From a virus, in the IMG/VR virus record IMGVR_UViG_3300034651_000168: a DNA stretch of 50,400 nt. One strand, written 5' to 3'. Under the pieces are notes generated by a model, which ran no database searches, was not told where the DNA came from, and saw only the letters and a program-made list of their open reading frames with translations. The position numbers and the translations under genes are program-made. This document shows, in pieces, positions 7,076-15,058 of this stretch (position 1 is the stretch's first letter; every line of letters begins with the position of its first letter).

Positions 7076-7103
7076 GAAGGCTCTTGCTTAGTCGAGAGCC
7101 TTC
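7076..7103 (+). terminator. hairpin / putative terminator
   Basis: 9-bp stem GAAGGCTCT / AGAGCCTTC. Confidence 0.5.
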
Positions 7104-7126
7104 CCACTTAAAGGGGGGAAAAGAGA

Positions 7127-7363
7127 ATGCAGCTAGACTTATTCAATGAGGATTCCACCGAGGTTATCATACCGAAGGAAGTTATATCACCATTGGAATC
7201 AAATAGAAGGATTACAAGCAAGGCATTCGAAAAAGAGAAGGAAACATTCGCCAGTTACGTTCAGTCGATACAAGATCAATATGAATGCTCTTGGTTTGAA
7301 GCGAGAAAAATGTTTTTCAAGTATAGAGAGAATCAAGAACCAATTTTAATAAAAAGGGGATAA
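7127..7363 (+). CDS. hypothetical early protein
   Basis: ORF with SD AAAGGGGGGAA. Confidence 0.7.
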   Translation: MQLDLFNEDSTEVIIPKEVISPLESNRRITSKAFEKEKETFASYVQSIQDQYECSWFEARKMFFKYRENQEPILIKRG

Positions 7364-7369
7364 GACAAA

Positions 7370-7639
7370 ATGTTTTTCGAGAAAGTAATTCAAGTTACCA
7401 ATGATTTAGAAGTACCGTTCAACGTTAGAATCTTTGAGGAAGATGGAAAAAGGAAAGTCGCATTTTATGACGCACGATACGACCATACAGAATATGGTCA
7501 GTTCATCGCTTCCTATTACGCTGATACGATAGCGAGACATAGTAAATTGCTATTCCTAGATTTAGAAATCGAGAATTGGCAGGTAAGCGCAAGGAACATG
7601 GAAGAGATACATCAAGCGTTAAAGGAAGTGGGAATATGA
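7370..7639 (+). CDS. hypothetical early protein
   Basis: ORF with initiation region AAAGGGGATAAGACAAAATG. Confidence 0.7.
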   Translation: MFFEKVIQVTNDLEVPFNVRIFEEDGKRKVAFYDARYDHTEYGQFIASYYADTIARHSKLLFLDLEIENWQVSARNMEEIHQALKEVGI

Positions 7640-7827
7640 GAGACTTTAAAACGATTCAATGCAGTACGTGTTATCAAAAAGTCGCTCTAACGGACCCAGT
7701 CACAAATACATGCAGTTGCGGAACAGATTACAACGGATTTGGTCAAAAGTTAGCACCTCGAGAACAATGGGGGTGGGAAACAGGAGAGAATCTTATCGAC
7801 ATTTACAACGGAAATGATGATTGGTAG
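7636..7827 (+). CDS. zinc-ribbon small protein (63 aa)
   Basis: ATGA overlap with the previous stop; SD GGAAGTGGGAAT. CSTC...CSCG cysteine pairs. The track ORF start at 7576 is rejected. Confidence 0.65.
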   Translation: MRDFKTIQCSTCYQKVALTDPVTNTCSCGTDYNGFGQKLAPREQWGWETGENLIDIYNGNDDW

Positions 7828-7879
7828 AAACAGAGGGTGGCCGAGCGTCACCCCCAATATAGAAAGGGGATAAGGCAAA

Positions 7880-8260
7880 ATGAAGGAACTAAAAGTAATA
7901 GTTAAAAATACAGGAGAGCCACCGAAGGAACAAGTCATCGAGGATTCACTCGAGGGGTTACAAAAATTAGTAGGTGGATACATCGAGGTTACGATGATAA
8001 CGCCAGAGATATTACTTATATTGAACGAGGAAGGAAAACTAAACGGATTAGAAGAAAACTTTGCTATCGTTACATTCGAGGAAAAAGGGGAAGTATTCCA
8101 AAACCAAGTTCACGATATTATTTGCGGAAATTGTTTTTTCGTAGCAAGTAACGGAGAAGAATTTGCTTCATTAAGCGAGGAACAAGCGTACTTTATTCAA
8201 TCCCAATTTAATTTAGATGGAACGATATTTGCCATCGACAGAAAAGAGGTAGGTATCTAA
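7880..8260 (+). CDS. DUF3846-like protein
   Basis: N-terminal pattern ...EDSLEGLQKLVGGYIEV... resembles DUF3846, which is seen in phage and plasmid early regions. Confidence 0.5.
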   Translation: MKELKVIVKNTGEPPKEQVIEDSLEGLQKLVGGYIEVTMITPEILLILNEEGKLNGLEENFAIVTFEEKGEVFQNQVHDIICGNCFFVASNGEEFASLSEEQAYFIQSQFNLDGTIFAIDRKEVGI

Positions 8261-8376
8261 TGGGAGAAGCGTCAGAACTAATTTTAGATGGAGTTCTTTG
8301 CCAGTCATGCGGAGAATTTATAGATGGTGAAGAAACAGGATACCCAAGAAATTGTGAGGATTGCGAGAACGAATAA
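8260..8376 (+). CDS. zinc-ribbon mini-protein (38 aa, not in the ORF track)
   Basis: TAATG overlap with the upstream stop. MGEASELILDGVLCQSCGEFIDGEETGYPRNCEDCENE. Confidence 0.55.
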   Translation: MGEASELILDGVLCQSCGEFIDGEETGYPRNCEDCENE

Positions 8377-8380
8377 AAAA

Positions 8381-8399
8381 GGGTGGCCGAGAGCCACCC
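8381..8399. terminator. hairpin GGGTGGC-N5-GCCACCC
   Basis: 7-bp GC-rich stem flanked by A-runs. A similar element is at 7835-7853. Confidence 0.45.
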
Positions 8400-8423
8400 A
8401 AATAAAAAAGGAGATAAGATAAA

Positions 8424-8792
8424 ATGAGATTCCCGAAATTTTGTTATAGCACGCACCCAGCAGGAGAGCCGAATATTAAAATAGTCACAGGAGAAAAAGG
8501 TTATTATCCTGCACCCTATGTTGAAGATGTAGAGGAAGAAAATAAGAAGCTAGGCATTGAATCGCAGGAGATAGTAGACGCTATGGTGGAAGGTTCGATG
8601 TTCGGTTGGGAAATACATGGATTTAAAGAATGCCCACGATGTAAAGAAACAAAGCTATTTCCCGAGGAAGCTAGGAACGCACTTTCAAGACGAGATAATA
8701 AAACGTATATTTGCAGTGATTGCGGCACAAGAGAAGCTATCGAGGATTTAAAAGGAGGTATCTCAAATGATTTACAGCGACACGATAAATAA
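8424..8792 (+). CDS. hypothetical protein with C-terminal zinc ribbon
   Basis: CPRC...CSDC pattern. Conserved initiation region AAAGGAGATAAGATAAAATG. Confidence 0.7.
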   Translation: MRFPKFCYSTHPAGEPNIKIVTGEKGYYPAPYVEDVEEENKKLGIESQEIVDAMVEGSMFGWEIHGFKECPRCKETKLFPEEARNALSRRDNKTYICSDCGTREAIEDLKGGISNDLQRHDK

Positions 8793-9096
8793 CGTGGAAT
8801 TTGAAGCGTATTATGACGAGAAAAACCGAGCGTTGCACGTACTAGACGCTATGGGGAGCAAGCCGAGATTATCCGTTACAAACGGTATCGACAACCTTAT
8901 TCCTGCATTGGAGCGATTAATGAAAATCAATAACGATTACAAGATATTCCTATATGGTACAGACGGAATCATTTCACGATATAACGCACTAACGAAGGAA
9001 TTTATATTTGTTCCAAAGGAAAGTCCGTCCGTATTCTATGAGTTCCGAGAGAAAATGGAAATCCTATACGAAACAGATCGTTATAAAGCTTTGTAG
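8767..9096 (+). CDS. hypothetical protein
   Basis: SD AAAGGAGG. Overlaps the upstream gene by 26 nt. Confidence 0.65.
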   Translation: MIYSDTINNVEFEAYYDEKNRALHVLDAMGSKPRLSVTNGIDNLIPALERLMKINNDYKIFLYGTDGIISRYNALTKEFIFVPKESPSVFYEFREKMEILYETDRYKAL

Positions 9097-9126
9097 GAAT
9101 GAGGAACACAAGGGGGGATACACATC

Positions 9127-9327
9127 ATGATTGATACAGCCGAGAAACGAGAAAAGCGCAGAAATCAAATAAGAGAAGAAATCATTTCCAGTAAAGAAGC
9201 AATAGATATTTTAGGATTCAGCCGAACACGATTAAATCAAATCGTTACTGATGGAAGAATCGTTCCAATTAGAAAAGGAATCTATTTAAAAGATGATATT
9301 ATAGCATTTAGAGATAGTCGAGAATAA
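9127..9327 (+). CDS. small helix-turn-helix DNA-binding protein (excisionase/MerR-like fold)
   Basis: SKEAIDILGFSRTRLNQIVTDGRIVPIRKGIYLKDDIIAF resembles Xis/AlpA-type winged HTH proteins. Confidence 0.5.
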   Translation: MIDTAEKREKRRNQIREEIISSKEAIDILGFSRTRLNQIVTDGRIVPIRKGIYLKDDIIAFRDSRE

Positions 9328-9328
9328 A

Positions 9329-9357
9329 AAGAGGGGAAAATTTCCCCTTCTTTTTTA
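9329..9357 (+). terminator. intrinsic terminator (G4/C4 hairpin plus T-run)
   Basis: AGAGGGGAA-AAT-TTCCCCTTCT followed by TTTTTT. Confidence 0.75.
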
Positions 9358-9512
9358 ATGCCTTTTTTCGATATTATACATGAATTAAAGGCGAACATAT
9401 GTTACTATTTTTAGTAGAGCAACCAAGAAGAAAAACCAGTAAGCGTATTCACTTAAAAAATGTTTTTCTACATGCTAAACTAATTGATACTATCATTTAA
9501 CAAGGGGGAAGA

Positions 9513-9695
9513 ATGTTGTTCAATGAGGAGAAGGTTGAATTACTAGCAAGGTTATATTCAAGACATATGGGATTGGTAAATCATAGCAACATAGACCACG
9601 ATGATTTAAATGTTTACATCAACCACGCCCTTGAAAATGGATTAGTGAACAAAGCGGAATTGAACAAACTGAACAAGGAATTGATACGTTCATAA
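9513..9695 (+). CDS. hypothetical protein
   Basis: SD AAGGGGGAA. Possible TG-extended -10 (TGATACTAT) upstream. Confidence 0.55.
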   Translation: MLFNEEKVELLARLYSRHMGLVNHSNIDHDDLNVYINHALENGLVNKAELNKLNKELIRS

Positions 9696-9741
9696 AAGAA
9701 GAAGGGAATCCTCTTTTAAGAGTTCCCTTCTTCTTTTTTTG
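9694..9741. terminator. bidirectional terminator between convergent genes
   Basis: AGAAGAAGGGAA (9697-9708) pairs with TTCCCTTCTTCT (9723-9734), with inner CTCTT/AAGAG pairing. Flanked by an A-run and a T7 run. Confidence 0.8.
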
Positions 9742-10084
9742 ATTTAGGAAGCCTGTCACGTACAATAACCTCCAACAAATCAACGATTGGTCCGAGTTCT
9801 TCTTCTGATAAAGGAACGCCGTTCCAATTCAAATTTTCTTTCTTCAAATACTTTGAAGCGTCATATTCCAACTCTTTTATATCGGGTTCGTCTGTCAGCC
9901 CTAAGATGTAATCTACCGACACGTTGTAAAGCTTGGACAATTTCATTAAGTTTTGAATAGGTGGCTTTCTATCTTCTGTCTCATACCCTGCATAAGTAGA
10001 GCGGCCAACTTCCAACTTGTCTGCGACTTCCTCGATTGTCCAATGCTGTTTCGTGCGTAGTTTCTTTAGTCTAGCACCAAACAT
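9716..10084 (-). CDS. CI-like XRE-family repressor
   Basis: HTH MFGARLKKLRTKQHWTIEEVADKLEVGRSTYAGYE. The start is set at 10084 (SD GGGGGAA), because the upstream ATG at 10141 lies inside the -10 of its own promoter. Confidence 0.8.
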   Translation of the reverse strand: MFGARLKKLRTKQHWTIEEVADKLEVGRSTYAGYETEDRKPPIQNLMKLSKLYNVSVDYILGLTDEPDIKELEYDASKYLKKENLNWNGVPLSEEELGPIVDLLEVIVRDRLPKSKKEEGNS

Positions 10085-10098
10085 TAGCAAGTTCCCCC
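10082..10098 (-). promoter_or_regulatory. repressor translation-initiation region, copy X of the GGGGGAA(A)CTTGCTAATG motif
   Basis: The reverse complement of 10082-10098 is GGGGGAACTTGCTAATG. Confidence 0.8.
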
Positions 10099-10139
10099 AA
10101 TCTAATTTTAATACTTCTTTAATATTATTCCCCCAATCC

Positions 10140-10167
10140 ATTATAGGTTAAAACTGAATATATTCAA
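10140..10167 (-). promoter_or_regulatory. repressor promoter with palindromic operator candidate
   Basis: Minus-strand -35 TTGAAT (10167-10162), 16-nt spacer, -10 TATAAT (10145-10140). The 12-bp palindrome TGAATATATTCA (10155-10166) overlaps the -35. Confidence 0.55.
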
Positions 10168-10238
10168 CAGAAAGCGGATAACAGAAACAAGATTGTAACA
10201 TTGATTCCCGTAAACGAGGAAAAAAATCTCTTTTTGCG

Positions 10239-10267
10239 TTGACTTTTCCACTTAGACGAGTTATACT
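10239..10267 (+). promoter_or_regulatory. Cro-side early promoter
   Basis: -35 TTGACT (10239-10244), 17-nt spacer, -10 TATACT (10262-10267). TTCCACTTAGACGAG lies in the spacer. Confidence 0.65.
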
Positions 10268-10305
10268 ATGTACATACCCAATCGAGAAAGGAGATAAAAT
10301 CCTCT

Positions 10306-10518
10306 ATGAGTAGAAAAAGAATATGGATGGTTAAGCACCGACTAGAAAAAGATTTAACGCAAGTCGAGTTAGCGAAAAAAGTAAACATATCAAACCGTAC
10401 CATTTCAGAGATAGAAAGGGGGAACAGAAACCCATCGGGAAAGTTAGCTAAGAAATTAGCAGACGTACTAGAAGTTGATATGTCGAAGTTTTTCGAGGAA
10501 GAAAATGAAATCGCATAA
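10306..10518 (+). CDS. Cro-like XRE-family HTH regulator
   Basis: LTQVELAKKVNISNRTISEIERGNRNPS motif. Divergent from the repressor gene. Confidence 0.8.
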   Translation: MSRKRIWMVKHRLEKDLTQVELAKKVNISNRTISEIERGNRNPSGKLAKKLADVLEVDMSKFFEEENEIA

Positions 10519-10528
10519 GAAAAATTGA

Positions 10529-10546
10529 GGGGGAAACTTGCTAATG
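10529..10546 (+). promoter_or_regulatory. translation-initiation region of ORF 10544, copy Y of the GGGGGAAACTTGCTAATG motif
   Basis: Identical to the repressor initiation region except for one extra A. Confidence 0.8.
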
Positions 10547-10690
10547 ATTATTAAAGGAAAAGAATGGAACGCATTAACCGCAAAGGAAAAATTCAATCTT
10601 CTATTAGAACATTCCAATTTAAACGTTCTAGGGGAGCAGGTTATAAAAGGGAATAAAAATAAGCCCCACGACCAAGGAAATTTGGCGTAG
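10544..10690 (+). CDS. small hypothetical protein (48 aa, not in the ORF track)
   Basis: MIIKGKEWNALTAKEKFNLLLEHSNLNVLGEQVIKGNKNKPHDQGNLA, behind SD GGGGG. Confidence 0.5.
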   Translation: MIIKGKEWNALTAKEKFNLLLEHSNLNVLGEQVIKGNKNKPHDQGNLA

Positions 10691-10781
10691 GACTTATTTA
10701 AAAGGAAATAAGACAAAATATTTTTCTACCTTCATGGTAGCACGAACGACAAAAAAATTCAAATGGAAAGGAAAGAATACC

Positions 10782-12767
10782 ATGAAATCATTAAAATTAA
10801 TTGAATTAAACATCACTAATTTTAAAGGAATTAAGCAGTTCAGTTTAGTAGCAAACGGAAATGATTTAGTCGTAAAAGGAAGAAACGCCACAGGAAAGAC
10901 AACATTATTTGACGCTTTCACATGGTTACTCTTTGGAAGAGACAGCGCAAATCGCACACAGTTTGAAATTAAGACACTAGACGAGGAAGGAAACGTTAAG
11001 CAACATGGCGTCAATCACGAAGTAGAAGCAAAATTTGAGATAGACAAGAGACAGATCGCTTTCAAAAGAGTTTATAAGGAAGAATGGACAAAGCACCGAG
11101 GTTCAGCAAAGAAAACTTTCACAGGTCATACGACCGATTATTTCATAGATGATGTTCCATTCAAGAAGAAAGATTATGACGCAGAGGTTGGGAAAATCGT
11201 ATCTGATGAAACGTTTAAGATTTTAACGAATCCAACCTACTTCAACGAACAACTAGACCGTAAGCAACGCAGACAAGTTCTTTTAGACATGATAGAGGAT
11301 ATTAGCGACCAAGACGTAGCAGAGCATAGCAAGAATAAGGAACTTATCGGATTAGTCGAAAGGTTACAAGGAAAGAACATCGAGCAACATCAAAAAGGAA
11401 TCAAGAATAAGCAACGAGATATAAACAAAGAACTAGACCGTATTCCCATTCGAATTGATGAAATTGAGTTATCTTTACCCGATACGACAGGATTAAACGA
11501 AAAGAAATTACAGTCCGAAATCGAATCCATCGACAAGGATATAGAAGAAAAACAAACGATTATCAGCAACATTAGAAACGGTGGTCAAGTTAGCGAGTAT
11601 CAAAAGCAGTTAAGCGATATTGATATGGAATTAACGAAAATCAGAAACAATCATGACAGCCAAACGAACGAGGAACTTTACCAATTAAAAGCTAGTCTGC
11701 AGGAGAAGGAATCGAACGTCACGATTTTAAGTTCCAAGAAGGATAACGAAAATCAGATGATTCAGTATAACGAGGAACAAATCGGAAAACTAAACGAGCA
11801 AGTAGAACGATTAAGAAAAGATTGGACCGAAGCAGACGCAGAGAAGTTTGAACATAACGAAGAATGCTCTTGCCCAACATGCGGTCAAGAACTTCCAGAG
11901 GAACAAATCGAGGAAGCACGAGAAAAGGCAGAGAGCCAGTTTAACGAGCGCAAAGCGAACAAGCTAGAACGTATCGTGGAAGATGGAAAAAGTACCAAGG
12001 AGCGCATAGATTCGATTCAGAGCGACATAGAAAAAGCAAACAAGACTATCGAGAAGTACGAGAAAGAAATCGAATCGAATCAAGCAGAAGTTGAGAAACT
12101 TAAAAAATCCATTGAAAGCCTTGAAAACAACAAGACCGACATAACGGAAAATAAGGAATACATCGAGAAGCTACAAGAGAAGGAACGCATAGAGCGTCAA
12201 ATAGCGGAAATAAGAGCGTCCACGCAGGATTCGATAGATTCTATTCGAGAAGAAATAGAAAAGCTAGAAAGCGAGAAAAAAGAGATACAGGACGATTTAA
12301 ACAAGTTTGATATAGCGAAACGTTCAGAAGCTAGATTGAAAGAATTAGAGGAACAGGAAAAGACGCTCACAACCGAGTACGAGCAATTAGAAAAAGAACT
12401 TTTCCTAACAGAAGAATTTACACGTTCCAAAGTATCTTTATTGGAGGAACGAATCAATTCTAAGTTCAAATACGCCACATTCAAGCTATTCGAGGAACAA
12501 GTAGATGGTGGATTAAAAGAAACATGCGAGACGCTATATGAAGGAGTACCGTACAGCCGAGGATTAAATAATGCAGCGAGAATAAATGTTGGATTAGACA
12601 TTATCAATACCCTAAACGAACGTTACGGAATCCAAGTACCAATATTCATTGATAACCGAGAGAGCGTCACCGATTTAATAGAAATCGAATCGCAAACCAT
12701 CAGCCTAGTTGTAGAGCCGAAAGCGTATCAACTAGAAGTTCAAGACCCACAAGAAGTTGCCATATAA
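10782..12767 (+). CDS. Rad50/SbcC-like SMC-type ATPase with zinc hook
   Basis: N-terminal Walker A GRNATGKTTLFDA, a long coiled coil with a central CPTC hook, and a C-terminal PIFIDNRES Walker B/D-loop-like motif. Start taken at M17 of the track ORF. Confidence 0.7.
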   Translation: MKSLKLIELNITNFKGIKQFSLVANGNDLVVKGRNATGKTTLFDAFTWLLFGRDSANRTQFEIKTLDEEGNVKQHGVNHEVEAKFEIDKRQIAFKRVYKEEWTKHRGSAKKTFTGHTTDYFIDDVPFKKKDYDAEVGKIVSDETFKILTNPTYFNEQLDRKQRRQVLLDMIEDISDQDVAEHSKNKELIGLVERLQGKNIEQHQKGIKNKQRDINKELDRIPIRIDEIELSLPDTTGLNEKKLQSEIESIDKDIEEKQTIISNIRNGGQVSEYQKQLSDIDMELTKIRNNHDSQTNEELYQLKASLQEKESNVTILSSKKDNENQMIQYNEEQIGKLNEQVERLRKDWTEADAEKFEHNEECSCPTCGQELPEEQIEEAREKAESQFNERKANKLERIVEDGKSTKERIDSIQSDIEKANKTIEKYEKEIESNQAEVEKLKKSIESLENNKTDITENKEYIEKLQEKERIERQIAEIRASTQDSIDSIREEIEKLESEKKEIQDDLNKFDIAKRSEARLKELEEQEKTLTTEYEQLEKELFLTEEFTRSKVSLLEERINSKFKYATFKLFEEQVDGGLKETCETLYEGVPYSRGLNNAARINVGLDIINTLNERYGIQVPIFIDNRESVTDLIEIESQTISLVVEPKAYQLEVQDPQEVAI

Positions 12768-12770
12768 AAA

Positions 12771-12790
12771 GAGGGGGAGCGTTCCCCCTT
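12771..12790 (+). terminator. G5/C5 hairpin (family member)
   Basis: GAGGGGGA-GCGT-TCCCCCTT. Confidence 0.5.
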
Positions 12791-12821
12791 ATCCTAAAAA
12801 TCATTCAAAGGAGAATAAATA

Positions 12822-13955
12822 ATGAGCGAGAATAAGACAAAGTTTTCAACATCACTAGCAAAAATAAATGACGCATATTTCCCAATGATTGAAAGACAGC
12901 TTACAGGAAACGGAATCCAAATGGACGATTACAGCAAGCAATGCGTATTAAACGCTATTTCTTCTATCAACAACGCATTAGACCAGAAAGGAATCACCTG
13001 GAACGACCCACAACTAGACCAGTCGAACATAACGGAAATCCTATTAAACGTAGCGTCATTAAAACTCAATTCATCAGCAAGCCCGAACGAAGTTTATTTC
13101 CAAGTAAGAAACGTCAAATTTCAAAAGAGAAATGAAAATGGAAAGCTAGTAGACGATTGGCGCAAGCAGATTGAAATGGGAATCGAGGGAGACGGAAACG
13201 ATGCCATCTTATCGAGATTTGGACGAGATGTTGAAACCGTTCATCAGTTTTGGGTAGTTCGAGAAGATGACGACTTTCAATATCCATCGTATGAAGGAAT
13301 CGAAGTCACACCCCCGAAATGGACGCCAAAGGGAACAGGAAAGGCGGTCCGAGTAGTTTACCCTATCGAAAAGAGAAACGGACGCATTGAGTATCATATA
13401 TCCGAGCGTGAGGACGTTATTAAAAACCTTATCGCTCACGTAAAAAATAATATGATGAATGAAACGTTTGGACTTGCCGAAAGCAAATATAAAGCGACAC
13501 CTAAGCAGAAACAACAGATTGAAGATAAGAAAAATGAAGTCATCGACAGTATTAAAGCAAAAGGTTTAGATGGAGCGTTAAATGATAAAGAACTTCAAAA
13601 ATATATCAGCCCAGCTTGGAAAGACGAACAGTCGAAAGAATCCATGATATTACGGAAAATGAGAAATAACGTTGTGAAGCGGATTCCAAAGGATTTTGGC
13701 ATAGCATTACGAGAATTAAGCTATGAAAACAGCACGAACGATTACGAGAATCGAATCCGTAAAGACGTAAGCGAACAAGCCAACGGGGAAGTATTAGACA
13801 TTATCGACCACGAGGAAACAGTCGAGGAAGAAGAACCCGAGCCAGAAAAACCGAAAACAGAGGAAACAGAACGCCAAGAAAAAGAGAAACCAAAGGTGGT
13901 AACAAAAGAGGAACAACAAGAATCGAATCCATCAGAGAGTAAACCACCGTTCTAA
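12822..13955 (+). CDS. putative single-strand annealing protein (RecT-like) with an acidic SSB-like tail
   Basis: Sits between the ATPase and the MBL hydrolase. EVYFQVRN...IEMGIEGDG pattern. Glu/Lys/Pro-rich C-terminus ending ...SKPPF. Confidence 0.4.
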   Translation: MSENKTKFSTSLAKINDAYFPMIERQLTGNGIQMDDYSKQCVLNAISSINNALDQKGITWNDPQLDQSNITEILLNVASLKLNSSASPNEVYFQVRNVKFQKRNENGKLVDDWRKQIEMGIEGDGNDAILSRFGRDVETVHQFWVVREDDDFQYPSYEGIEVTPPKWTPKGTGKAVRVVYPIEKRNGRIEYHISEREDVIKNLIAHVKNNMMNETFGLAESKYKATPKQKQQIEDKKNEVIDSIKAKGLDGALNDKELQKYISPAWKDEQSKESMILRKMRNNVVKRIPKDFGIALRELSYENSTNDYENRIRKDVSEQANGEVLDIIDHEETVEEEEPEPEKPKTEETERQEKEKPKVVTKEEQQESNPSESKPPF

Positions 13956-13961
13956 AAACAC

Positions 13962-13985
13962 AGGGGGATTCAATTTCCCCCTTTT
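13962..13985 (+). terminator. G5/C5 hairpin plus T4
   Basis: AGGGGGA...TCCCCCT followed by TTT. Confidence 0.55.
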
Positions 13986-14006
13986 AGATAAAAAGGAGAT
14001 AAGACA

Positions 14007-14711
14007 ATGACATTAACATTCGAGCCAATTGCAAGTAGTAGCGCAGGAAACGCTTTTATCGTATCCGATGGAGAATCCAAGCTATTACTGGAATGCGGTT
14101 TGAAGTATCGAGATATACAGATCGCTTTAGACTTTCAAACATCACAGCTTGACGGTTGCCTTCTAACACATGAACATGACGACCATTCCCATTCAGTGAA
14201 GGACGTATTAAAAGCAGGAGTTAGCGTATATACGTCACAGGGAACGTCACACGCTTTAGGATTGAAGCACCATAGGTTAAAGTCTATCGAAGCACGAAAA
14301 CAGTTCAGAGTAGGCTCATTTACCGTTCTGCCATTCGAAACAGAACATGACGCAAACGAGCCTTTAGGATTCCTCATAGAAAGCAAAGGCGGAGAACGAT
14401 TGCTATTTGCTACCGACACCTATTTCATTCGATACCGATTTAAAGGAATCAATATTTTAGCGGTAGAGTGCAATTTTAGCGAGGAAATTTTAGAGCAGAA
14501 CATCATTGATGGAATCGTTCCATTGGGTATGAAAAGACGGTTGTTACAGTCTCATTTTAGCTTTGAGAATTATGTCGAGTTCCTTAAAGCAAATGATTTA
14601 AGTCAGCTAAAAGAAATTTGGTTGATTCATATGAGTAATAGAAATGCAGACGCAGAGAAATTCAAATCCGAGATACGAAAGATAACGGGAAAACCAGTCT
14701 ATATTCCATAA
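14007..14711 (+). CDS. MBL-fold metallo-hydrolase (probable nuclease partner)
   Basis: HxHxDH motif (LTHEHDDHSH). Confidence 0.8.
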   Translation: MTLTFEPIASSSAGNAFIVSDGESKLLLECGLKYRDIQIALDFQTSQLDGCLLTHEHDDHSHSVKDVLKAGVSVYTSQGTSHALGLKHHRLKSIEARKQFRVGSFTVLPFETEHDANEPLGFLIESKGGERLLFATDTYFIRYRFKGINILAVECNFSEEILEQNIIDGIVPLGMKRRLLQSHFSFENYVEFLKANDLSQLKEIWLIHMSNRNADAEKFKSEIRKITGKPVYIP

Positions 14712-14723
14712 GGAGGAAACTCT

Positions 14724-14900
14724 ATGAAACCATTAATTGAAAGAATCAAAGAGTGCAAGACGCAGGAGGAACTAGACAGGTTGAGAAGGGAAATCGTCAA
14801 CGAAGGAAGGAAAAACGGAATGGATTCATTCAGACCTTTACAACAAGCTTTCATTACACAAAAAGAAAAGATAGCGAACGGTTGGGTATTCGATGGCTAA
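14724..14900 (+). CDS. small hypothetical protein (58 aa, not in the ORF track)
   Basis: SD AAGGAGGAA. MKPLIERIKECKTQEELDRLRREIVNEG... Confidence 0.55.
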   Translation: MKPLIERIKECKTQEELDRLRREIVNEGRKNGMDSFRPLQQAFITQKEKIANGWVFDG

Positions 14901-15045
14901 AATCCAATGCGCTATGTGTCGAGAGTATAGCTTGAAAATAAAAGAAGGAATCCAAACCTGCAGAATATGCGGTCAAGGGCATGAGATAACATTCGAGGGA
15001 GAGTACATCATCATCAACCCATCTAATGAGCACAGGAAAGCATAG
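14893..15045 (+). CDS. zinc-ribbon mini-protein (50 aa, not in the ORF track)
   Basis: MAKIQCAMCREYSLKIKEGIQTCRICGQGHE... Overlaps the upstream stop. Confidence 0.5.
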   Translation: MAKIQCAMCREYSLKIKEGIQTCRICGQGHEITFEGEYIIINPSNEHRKA

Positions 15046-15058
15046 AGAGGGTGAGGAC

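Noticed and set aside
7146-7349. Overlapping alternative-frame + strand ORFs, for example 7146-7349, 12941-13135, 15393-15596, 16927-17130, 21884-22078, 22625-22819, 26348-26536, 33606-33851, 38025-38261, 46372-46581 and 47752-47949.
   Set aside because: Each is nested inside a longer ORF with better initiation signals or recognisable domains. The products are Arg/Lys/Ser-rich, as is typical of off-frame translation.
10085-10141. The upstream ATG at 10141 as the repressor start (141-aa version).
   Set aside because: That ATG lies within the predicted -10 TATAAT of the repressor promoter and has no SD. The ATG at 10084 has a GGGGGAA SD and begins directly at the HTH domain.
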